NCBI GenBank assembly: GCA_964603455.1
Contig: CAZRVL010000004.1
Coordinates: 298 to 64,297, forward strand
Length of the DNA: 64,000 nt
Direction of reading: 5' to 3'
Source of the DNA: an uncultured Lachnospiraceae bacterium
Lineage (GTDB): Bacteria > Bacillota > Clostridia > Oscillospirales > CAG-272
The notes under the pieces were generated by a model. The model was not told the origin of the DNA. It was given only the letters and a program-made list of their open reading frames with translations, and made no database searches. This document shows, in pieces, positions 40,861 to 48,309 of the stretch. Position 1 is the stretch's first letter. Every line of letters begins with the position of its first letter. Both the position numbers and the translations under genes were made by a program.

Positions 40861-41283
40861 ATGGAAATCGCTATCATCGCTGACGACAAGAAAAAAGAAC
40901 TTATGACGCAGTTCTGCATCGCTTACTGCGGCATCCTTGCAAAGCATAATCTGTGTGCTACCGGTATCACCGGAAAGTACATATCGGAGGCTACCGGTCT
41001 GAAGATCGAAAGACTTCTTTCGGGAGCTCACGGCGGCGCACAGCAGATAACATCGCGTGTCGCTTATAATGAGATCGATCTGCTCATATATTTCCGCGAT
41101 ACCTCCAAGGATATTGTATTCAACGAGGAAGAGTACAGTCTGCTTCGTATGTGTGACGTTTACAATGTTCCGGTCGCGACTAATATCGCTACCGCAGAGG
41201 TTCTGGTAACAGCTCTCGAAAACGGCGGTCTCGACTGGCGCGAGATCGTAAATCCGAGATCCGATTACAATCATAAGGCATGA
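40861..41283 (+). CDS. methylglyoxal synthase-like (MGS fold) protein, catalytic residues substituted
   Basis: Gap-free alignment by eye to E. coli/B. subtilis MgsA (ATGTTG->ATGITG, VPVATN conserved), but AHDH->ADDK, GGDQQ->GGAQQ, PHDPD->FNEEE. Confidence 0.75.
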   Translation: MEIAIIADDKKKELMTQFCIAYCGILAKHNLCATGITGKYISEATGLKIERLLSGAHGGAQQITSRVAYNEIDLLIYFRDTSKDIVFNEEEYSLLRMCDVYNVPVATNIATAEVLVTALENGGLDWREIVNPRSDYNHKA

Positions 41284-41301
41284 TCTTCGGAGGCTGATTT
41301 T

Positions 41302-42123
41302 ATGACATTTTTGACTGAGACCATCACAGCCGGTGGCGTTAGTGTGCCGCTTCGCTGCTATATCCCGGATGTTTGCGGAAGAACTTATTATGCGGGAAAG
41401 AGACCTGCCGTAATTATTTTTCCGGGCGGAGGATACGGCTTTACATATTCCGGAGAAGCTGAGCCTATTGCGATGAAATATGCGGCTGACGGTATATGCG
41501 CGTTTATACTCGATTACAGCTGTACTCCGGTACACTTCCCCATTCCGCAGCTGCAGGCCTTTAAGGCGATCAGATTCGTGCGTGAAAATGCCGAAAGATT
41601 CGGTATTCGTGCGGACAGCATAGCAACGACGGGATTTTCCGCCGGCGGTCATTTGTGTTCATGCACCGGAACGCTTTGGAACAAATTTGATGAATATTTC
41701 AAGGTTGAAGGAATGGACGATGTGGATAACCGTATGTATCGTCCAGATAAAATACTGCTCTGCTATCCTGTAATACTTTCGAGCGGAAAATTCGCTCATA
41801 TCGGTTCGTTTAACAATCTGCTCGGTGAAAAGGTGAATGATTCCGCGCTTATCGAGCTTTTGTCCACAGACAAGCAGATAGATGATGAAACACCGCCGAC
41901 ATTTATTTGGCATACGAGCGAGGACAACGGTGTTCCGCCGGTGAACAGTTACAAATTTGCGCTCGGTCTTGCAGAACGCTGTATTCCGTGTGAGGTTCAC
42001 GTATATTTTCACGGTTCTCATGGACTTTGCCTTGGAACTTGTGTTACCGATGAACGTGAATTCAATGCTCCACATGAAGTATCCGAGTGGATATATAAAG
42101 CTATCAAGTTTATTTACGCATAA
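41302..42123 (+). CDS. alpha/beta hydrolase (esterase/lipase-like)
   Basis: Oxyanion-type FPGGGY and nucleophile elbow GFSAGGH; C-terminal His region. Confidence 0.75.
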   Translation: MTFLTETITAGGVSVPLRCYIPDVCGRTYYAGKRPAVIIFPGGGYGFTYSGEAEPIAMKYAADGICAFILDYSCTPVHFPIPQLQAFKAIRFVRENAERFGIRADSIATTGFSAGGHLCSCTGTLWNKFDEYFKVEGMDDVDNRMYRPDKILLCYPVILSSGKFAHIGSFNNLLGEKVNDSALIELLSTDKQIDDETPPTFIWHTSEDNGVPPVNSYKFALGLAERCIPCEVHVYFHGSHGLCLGTCVTDEREFNAPHEVSEWIYKAIKFIYA

Positions 42124-42129
42124 TATTTT

Positions 42130-42160
42130 GGGAAGACCTTAAGGTTTTCCCTTTTTGTTT
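42130..42160 (+). terminator. rho-independent terminator after esterase gene
   Basis: 9-bp stem gggaagacc/ggttttccc (one G-U pair), loop ttaa, then TTTTT. Confidence 0.65.
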
Positions 42161-42192
42161 TAAAAAGTTTACAATAGAATTTTGAAATGCGA

Positions 42193-42221
42193 TTGACAAT
42201 TAGAGTAAACTGTGATATAAT
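42193..42221 (+). promoter_or_regulatory. sigma-A promoter of HMA/AraC operon
   Basis: TTGACA 42193-42198, 17 nt, TGTGA-TATAAT (42216-42221). Confidence 0.7.
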
Positions 42222-42325
42222 TAATATAGTTAGCGAATGCTAATCGCAGCATTCGATTTTTTATAAGACCGAGTTAGACAAGGCTAACCAAATTTATCGA
42301 TATTTTTTAAGAAGGTGTATGATAG

Positions 42326-42682
42326 ATGATCGATTATATTATCATAGGTGTGATCATAGCATTGGTTGCTATAGGCTTTCGTTCGACTGTCAATCATTTC
42401 AAGGGTGAAGGCGGATGCTGCGGCAGTGGAGATCACAAGTCAAAAAAGAAGCGTTTGAAGGGTTCAAAGTACAAAAAAGTGTTTAGAGTGGATGGGATGC
42501 ACTGTGAACACTGCAAGAACCGTGTTGAGGAGATAGTGAATTCAATCGATGGGATCGCCGGTAAAGTCGATCTGAAAAAAGGAGAGCTCACTGTCAGCTA
42601 TGCAAGGGATATTGACGATGACGTTATAAAAGCTAAGATCGAAGCAGTAGGATATACTGTGCTCGGATGTCGGACGGCATGA
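42326..42682 (+). CDS. heavy-metal-associated (HMA) domain protein with N-terminal TM and Cys-rich linker
   Basis: N-terminal TM (IIIGVIIALVAIGF) followed by GGCCGSGDH, then an HMA fold with GMHCEHC metal-binding motif. Confidence 0.8.
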   Translation: MIDYIIIGVIIALVAIGFRSTVNHFKGEGGCCGSGDHKSKKKRLKGSKYKKVFRVDGMHCEHCKNRVEEIVNSIDGIAGKVDLKKGELTVSYARDIDDDVIKAKIEAVGYTVLGCRTA

Positions 42683-42685
42683 GCT

Positions 42686-43648
42686 ATGGAAGCGACCGAA
42701 TTTGAAAAAAATATGTATGGTGATGACATTGAAGTCATTTCGAGAAACGGGGATTCTGCGGTATACAGATCATCGGGTCAAAATGAAGATACATTGATCA
42801 CAAGCTACAGGATATATCCCGGGATAGAGTTGGTCTATCGTGATATTCATTCGCAAAGCTGTGTGATAAGGCGAAAAAATTCGGATGTAATACTTGAGAT
42901 AAGTCATTGCCGTGAAGGACGTATGGAGTATGAGACTGATGATGGCTTTTGTTACTTGATGCCCGGAGATATTGCGGTGCTGCACCGACACGCTGCCGAA
43001 TATACTGCATTTTTCCCTATACGTCATTATCACGGAGTGAGCATTATATTCGATCTTGAAAAGGTTCCGAAATGTTTGTCCTGTTTTTTAGCCGATGTAA
43101 ATGTATCTCCGCACGAACTGGCAGACAAATTCTGCGCTGAACGCCCTTGTTTTATTGCACGCTCAAGTCCGGGGATAGAACATATTTTCTCCGAACTATA
43201 CAATGTTCCGGAGGAGCTTAAAAAGGGATATTTTAAGGTAAAGGTGCTTGAGCTCACGCTTTTTCTTGCAGCGTTCGATATGACGAATGATGAGACAACA
43301 AAGCATACATATTCGCGCTCTGCTGCATTGTTGGCAAAGGAAGCAAAGCGGTATTTGACCGAGCATATGACTGAGAGGGTCACGCTCGAAGAACTTTCAA
43401 ATGTACTCCATGTGTCTGGAACGCATATAAAAAACAGCTTTAAGCAGGTTTATGGGGAATCTGTATATTCATATATTCGAACCAGAAAGATGCAGTCTGC
43501 TGCTTTGATGCTGCGCGATACGGATGAGACCGTGCTTGAGATCGCCGGGCGGTACGGATATGACAATGCGAGCAAATTTACAAGTGCATTTCGAGATATT
43601 ATAGGTCTGACTCCGACCGAATACAGGATGGAATATGCGAAAAAATAA
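42686..43648 (+). CDS. AraC family transcriptional regulator
   Basis: C-terminal double HTH (LEELSNVLHVSGTHIKNSFKQ..., VLEIAGRYGYDNASKFTSAFRDIIGLTPTEYR); N-terminal cupin-like sensor; start is 3 nt after the HMA stop. Confidence 0.88.
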   Translation: MEATEFEKNMYGDDIEVISRNGDSAVYRSSGQNEDTLITSYRIYPGIELVYRDIHSQSCVIRRKNSDVILEISHCREGRMEYETDDGFCYLMPGDIAVLHRHAAEYTAFFPIRHYHGVSIIFDLEKVPKCLSCFLADVNVSPHELADKFCAERPCFIARSSPGIEHIFSELYNVPEELKKGYFKVKVLELTLFLAAFDMTNDETTKHTYSRSAALLAKEAKRYLTEHMTERVTLEELSNVLHVSGTHIKNSFKQVYGESVYSYIRTRKMQSAALMLRDTDETVLEIAGRYGYDNASKFTSAFRDIIGLTPTEYRMEYAKK

Positions 43649-43755
43649 ATTTTCGAATGCATATAGCTTGATCTGTCAAAAAATGTGTCTGATTGGAGTG
43701 GAAAAGCTCGGAAAAATGATGTATAATATTAAGAAACAGATAAATGAGGGATGTT

Positions 43756-43836
43756 ATGAAGCATCATAAGATATTTGCATGGCTCACAGTATTGTTTTTT
43801 CTTTTGACTGTTATAACAGGCTATGAAAAGAAATGA
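43756..43836 (+). CDS. candidate 26-aa single-TM micropeptide
   Basis: MKHHKIFAWLTVLFFLLTVITGYEKK; GAGGGA 4 nt upstream of the ATG; not in the ORF track (<60 aa); sits at the head of the ATPase operon. Confidence 0.3.
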   Translation: MKHHKIFAWLTVLFFLLTVITGYEKK

Positions 43837-43900
43837 TATTAGTCAGTTTTGATAAAATTTATATAATGCTCTGTAAGGAGCGGAAAGGAATTTATTGATT

Positions 43901-44191
43901 ATGAATTGGGGAAAGATCGCATTATTTGCAGGCGGACTTCTTTTCGGTACTGCCGGGATTAAGGTGCTTTCGAGCAAGGATGCTAAAAAGGTATATGCAC
44001 GTACGACTGCTGTGGCACTTCGCGTTAAGGATTCGTTGATGCAGACGGTCACAAATATTCGAGAAAATGCCGATGATGTTCTTGCGGATGCTAAGGCTAT
44101 CAATGAGAATCGCAATGCGGCGGATGAGATTGTTGAAGATGCTTCATGCGAGTGTTCCTGCTGCGAATGCAAAGAGACCGAGGAAGAATAA
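43901..44191 (+). CDS. small protein with N-terminal hydrophobic segment and C-terminal CxCxCCxC motif
   Basis: MNWGKIALFAGGLLFGTAGIKVL... ending DASCECSCCECKETEEE; AAAGGAA RBS 10 nt upstream of ATG 43901 (the ORF track starts at TTG 43895). Confidence 0.65.
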   Translation: MNWGKIALFAGGLLFGTAGIKVLSSKDAKKVYARTTAVALRVKDSLMQTVTNIRENADDVLADAKAINENRNAADEIVEDASCECSCCECKETEEE

Positions 44192-44239
44192 TAACTTCAG
44201 CCGCCGTTTTCAGGCGGCTTTCATTGTTTTGGAGAAAAT

Positions 44240-46321
44240 ATGAAATGTAAGCTGCTGCATGAATCCTCAGGACGAATGAGGGTGCATGCGTTTCAAAAAA
44301 ACGGTAGGATGACCTTAAGAGAAGCCGATATTCTGGAATATTACCTGAGAAATATCGGCGGAGTCAAGAATGTAAAGGTATTCGACCGCACGTGTGATAT
44401 TATAATCGAATATATATGTGAGCGAGATCTGATAATTTCTGCTCTTTCACATTTTTCATATTCCGATGAAAGGAATATTTCGCTCGTTCCTGAACATACC
44501 GGACGCGAATTGAATCGGCAGTATGAGGATAAATTGACAGGTGCTGTTATACGGCGCATACTCAGAAAATTGTTTCTGCCTGCTTCGGTGCGTGCTGTAT
44601 ACTGTATACTGCGTGCGGTGGGATATGTTAAGAAGGGACTTGAGACATTGGCAAGCGGCAAAATAGAGGTATCGCTGCTCGATGCTGTAGCTATTACAGT
44701 ATCTATTCTCCGCCGTGATTTCAATACTGCTTCTTCCGTTATGTTTTTACTGCATCTCGGTGAGCTGCTCGAAGAATGGACTCACAAAAAATCGGTTGAC
44801 GATCTCGCCGGGATAATGTCTTTACAGGTGGATAAGACCTGGGTATGTGGTGAGGACGGAACAGAACTGCTCATTCCTGTCGGTGAAGTCAAGGTCGGAG
44901 ACACTATCATTGTTCGCACGGGTGGCGTGATCCCTCTCGATGGAAGAGTAGTAAGCGGAAATGCTGAGGTGAATCAGTCATCAATGACCGGTGAGAGTCT
45001 TCCGGTGCATAAAGAGGTCGGAAGTTATGTTTATGCCGGAACGGTTGTTGAGGACGGTGAATGTGCGGTTATGGTCGATAAGCCGGTAGGAAGCGGAAGA
45101 TATGATCGGATAGTCAGGATGATCGAGGAATCCGAGACACTAAAATCAAATTCCGAAGCCAAGGCGGCACATCTTGCTGACAGACTTGTGCCGATAACTC
45201 TCGGTGGAACTGCGGTAGTTTGGGCATTGACGAGAAATGCTTCTAAGGCACTTTCCATATTGATGGTAGATTTCTCTTGTGCGCTGAAATTAGCTATGCC
45301 GCTTGCGATACTTTCAGCTATGCGTGAAAGCGGTGCTTATGATATTTCGGTCAAGGGTGGAAGATTTCTTGAGGCTGTCGCAAATGCCGATACAATAGTA
45401 TTTGACAAGACCGGAACGTTGACACACGCATCGCCTACTGTTGCTGAAATAATTCCCTTTGGCGGTCACGAAGAAAATGAAGTTCTGAGACTTGCGGCAT
45501 GCCTTGAGGAGCATTATCCTCATTCTATCGCTCGTGCTGTGGTAGATGAAGCAACGCGCAGAGATCTTCATCATGAAGAGAGACATTCAAATGTAGAATA
45601 TGTGGTCGCACATGGAATTTCGAGCATCGTGGGCGGTGAGCGTGTGCTTATAGGAAGCTATCACTTCATTTTTGAGGATGAAGGCTGCGTTATACCGGAC
45701 GATGAGATTGATAGCTTCAATTCCCTGCCCGATGAATATTCACTTTTATATTTAGCTATAGGCGGTGAGCTTTCTGCGGTTATCTGCATATCAGATCCGC
45801 TTCGCGATGAAGTTCCGTACGTCGTGGAGCAGCTTCACGAAAATGGTCTTAAGCGTATAGTTATGATGACCGGGGACAGTGAAAAGACGGCTGCTGCGGT
45901 CGCACGTGCTTCGGGTGTGGACGAATATTACGCTGAGGTGCTTCCGGAGGACAAAGCGAACTTCATAAGGGCTGAGCATAAAGCCGGACGATGTGTGATA
46001 ATGCTTGGGGACGGAATAAATGATTCGCCCGCCCTTTCTGAGGCGGATGTGGGCATAGCTATCCGCGACGGAGCGGCGATAGCCAAAGAAATAGCGGATA
46101 TAACGCTTGCCTGTGATGATCTTAAATCGCTCATAATTTTGAGAAAGCTTTCATCAAGGTTAATGGATCGGATAAATTCAAATTATCGATTCATAATAGG
46201 CTTCAATACCATGCTTATAGCGTTGGGTGTTTGCGGTGTACTCCCTCCTACAACATCTGCTCTACTGCACAATATTTCCACTCTCGGAGTCAGTATGCAC
46301 AGCATGAAGAGTCTGCTTTAA
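44240..46321 (+). CDS. heavy-metal-type (P1B) P-type ATPase with atypical SCA transmembrane motif
   Basis: TGES, DKTGTLT, MTGD, GDGINDSPAL present. The TM position that normally holds CPC reads FSCALKLAMP. The N-terminal HMA-like fold lacks the CxxC pair. Confidence 0.88.
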   Translation: MKCKLLHESSGRMRVHAFQKNGRMTLREADILEYYLRNIGGVKNVKVFDRTCDIIIEYICERDLIISALSHFSYSDERNISLVPEHTGRELNRQYEDKLTGAVIRRILRKLFLPASVRAVYCILRAVGYVKKGLETLASGKIEVSLLDAVAITVSILRRDFNTASSVMFLLHLGELLEEWTHKKSVDDLAGIMSLQVDKTWVCGEDGTELLIPVGEVKVGDTIIVRTGGVIPLDGRVVSGNAEVNQSSMTGESLPVHKEVGSYVYAGTVVEDGECAVMVDKPVGSGRYDRIVRMIEESETLKSNSEAKAAHLADRLVPITLGGTAVVWALTRNASKALSILMVDFSCALKLAMPLAILSAMRESGAYDISVKGGRFLEAVANADTIVFDKTGTLTHASPTVAEIIPFGGHEENEVLRLAACLEEHYPHSIARAVVDEATRRDLHHEERHSNVEYVVAHGISSIVGGERVLIGSYHFIFEDEGCVIPDDEIDSFNSLPDEYSLLYLAIGGELSAVICISDPLRDEVPYVVEQLHENGLKRIVMMTGDSEKTAAAVARASGVDEYYAEVLPEDKANFIRAEHKAGRCVIMLGDGINDSPALSEADVGIAIRDGAAIAKEIADITLACDDLKSLIILRKLSSRLMDRINSNYRFIIGFNTMLIALGVCGVLPPTTSALLHNISTLGVSMHSMKSLL

Positions 46322-46372
46322 TATGCTCGGTCAATGATTAAAGCAAGTCTAAAAAATAAATATGTCTTTTTG

Positions 46373-46417
46373 GAGCTGTATTATTGCTTTTCGGAGTAGA
46401 TACAGCTCATTGTTTTT
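46373..46417 (+). terminator. terminator after ATPase gene
   Basis: 9-bp stem gagctgtat/atacagctc with an 18-nt loop, followed by attgTTTTT. Confidence 0.5.
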
Positions 46418-46426
46418 GGTATAATA
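46418..46426 (+). promoter_or_regulatory. extended -10 promoter of DUF2325 operon
   Basis: TGgTATAAT (46418-46426); weak -35. Confidence 0.5.
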
Positions 46427-46511
46427 TTATCACAAGGAAATGCGGCGATGCCGCTTTTATTAAGAAATGCTGTTAGCATAGGCTAACTTGAATTTAAATG
46501 GAGATAAACAG

Positions 46512-46787
46512 ATGAGTGTTGTTATAGTAGGCGGAAATGAATGTATGACCAGAAGATATATGGATCTTTGCGGCGAGTATAAATGTAAAGCCAAGGTATA
46601 TCCGAAGATGAACAATGGTCTAAAAAACATAGGCAAACCGGATCTTCTGATACTTTTCACGAATACTGTGTCGCATAAAATGATACATTGTGTTTTGGGA
46701 GATGTAGACAGTCGAACGAGGATCGCACGCTCTCATAGCAGTTCAATGGCGGCATTGAGAGGAATATTGGAGGAGCATACGGTATAA
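46512..46787 (+). CDS. DUF2325 domain protein
   Basis: MSVVIVGGNE...PDLLILFTNTVSHKM... matches my recollection of the DUF2325 pattern; ATG 46512 with a GGAGA RBS. Confidence 0.65.
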   Translation: MSVVIVGGNECMTRRYMDLCGEYKCKAKVYPKMNNGLKNIGKPDLLILFTNTVSHKMIHCVLGDVDSRTRIARSHSSSMAALRGILEEHTV

Positions 46788-47359
46788 TGTCCGAAAAAAT
46801 GCTCATACGCCATTGTTCACCGACTTTGGCGGGAATAAAGACCGGAAATCTTTTCAGCTGTGAATATGAAAGCACCTCAGAGGTCATCGAATATCTCAGG
46901 AATGTAAATCGAAAGCTTAAAAGCAAGGGACTCAGAGCATTGCCGCTCAAATTTACAAAAAGCCGTGTTCTGATATATGTGTATCGCCCCGAAAGGCTGT
47001 CTAAGGATCTTTCGAGCTGTATGGCGAGCGAGATACTAAACAGGCGCGGATATAATACACCGGATACCGATGGATGTATCATACATCTTATGTCGCGCTT
47101 ACGTGAATCTGAGGAGTTTCCGCATGAGATAGGATTGTTTTTGGGGTATCCGCCCGAGGATGTGTCGGGTTTTATAGAAAACAAGCCCGGGAGCTGTAAA
47201 TACACAGGTCTGTGGAAAGTTTACGGGAATGTTGAATCGGCACTCAGGCTCTTTGAGCAGTACAAGAAGTGCACAGATGTTTACAGTCGGCAGTGGGCTG
47301 ACGGAAAGACGCTCGAACGGCTTGCTGTATCAAGTATATCACGCAGAAATCCTGCATGA
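46787..47359 (+). CDS. DUF3793 family protein
   Basis: SPTLAGIKTGNLF and EFPHEIGLFLGYPPEDVSGFIENKPGSCKYTGLWKVY motifs; start overlaps the upstream stop. Confidence 0.65.
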   Translation: MSEKMLIRHCSPTLAGIKTGNLFSCEYESTSEVIEYLRNVNRKLKSKGLRALPLKFTKSRVLIYVYRPERLSKDLSSCMASEILNRRGYNTPDTDGCIIHLMSRLRESEEFPHEIGLFLGYPPEDVSGFIENKPGSCKYTGLWKVYGNVESALRLFEQYKKCTDVYSRQWADGKTLERLAVSSISRRNPA

Positions 47360-47394
47360 CATAAATATTTATTTTTTGAAAGGTTGTAGTAATC

Positions 47395-47817
47395 ATGAGT
47401 AAGATCGCTGTAGTATATTGGAGTGGAACAGGAAACACGGAATCAATGGCAAATGCCGTAGCAGACGGTGCAAAAAAAGCAGGTGCCGAGACAGTTTTAT
47501 TGACTGCTCCGGAATTTGATGATTCAATGATCGATTCGTATGATGCAATAGCTTTCGGATGCCCGTCTATGGGCTCTGAGGAGCTTGAGGAGGGCGAATT
47601 TGCGCCGATGTTCGAAGGCTGCGAAGCTAAGCTGGCAGGCAAGAAGATCGCACTGTTCGGCTCATACGGCTGGGGTGACGGCGAATGGATGAGAAACTGG
47701 GAGGAACGCTGCATTGGAGACGGTGCAGTAATGGCGTGTGATTTTGTGATATGCAATGATGCGCCTGATGACGATGCTATTGCGGCGTGCGAGAATTTGG
47801 GAGCAGCACTTGCTTAA
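47395..47817 (+). CDS. short-chain flavodoxin
   Basis: FMN-binding loop VVYWSGTGNTE; about 140 aa; GSYGWGDG. Confidence 0.9.
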   Translation: MSKIAVVYWSGTGNTESMANAVADGAKKAGAETVLLTAPEFDDSMIDSYDAIAFGCPSMGSEELEEGEFAPMFEGCEAKLAGKKIALFGSYGWGDGEWMRNWEERCIGDGAVMACDFVICNDAPDDDAIAACENLGAALA

Positions 47818-47825
47818 AATATTGG

Positions 47826-47857
47826 AAAAGTCGGTCAGTACTTGACCGACTTTTTTT
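47826..47857 (+). terminator. rho-independent terminator after flavodoxin
   Basis: Stem gtcggtca/tgaccgac, loop gtact, 7-T run. Confidence 0.8.
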
Positions 47858-48262
47858 GATTAGTCAACATTCGACAAAAATTTGGTACAGTTGAGAATTG
47901 ATTTTTTTCGGAAAATGATGTATAATATAGGTGTCGATAAGATAAACTTTCTCGGCATACGAAGGTTCAACGTCAGGTGGGAGACATTGAAAAGATCTTT
48001 GCAAAATTCATCATATAAATAATCCTCATTATTTAAGTTATGTGGTATATTTAGGGGATCGCAAAAGCATAAAAGCTGCGATCAAGAGTTTATATTTTCA
48101 AGCGGCATCATATTTGTTTTGATGATTTTTACAAATAAATTATGGAAGATAGTCATATTGGTGATAAGACGTATTTTATAATTTACTGCTTTGAAAATAA
48201 GGGAAATATGCCATGCGCAAGGATGTGTATGTTACCGATCGAGGTTTATCTTAAGTTAATAC

Positions 48263-48304
48263 TAAAAAATATCGGACAGCGAAAATCAATCCGCTGCCCG
48301 ATAT
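48263..48304 (-). terminator. rho-independent terminator of nfnB-like gene
   Basis: 13-bp stem with one mismatch (48269-48281 / 48292-48304), followed by a U-run on the minus strand. Confidence 0.7.
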
Positions 48305-48309
48305 TTTAA

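Noticed and set aside
42815-42826. Palindrome TATCCCGGGATA resembling the B. subtilis Noc-binding site core (ATTTCCCGGGAAAT) inside the AraC gene.
   Set aside because: It is a single occurrence within coding sequence (YPGIE), with 11 of 14 matches. The specificity of this divergent Noc is unknown, and chance cannot be excluded.
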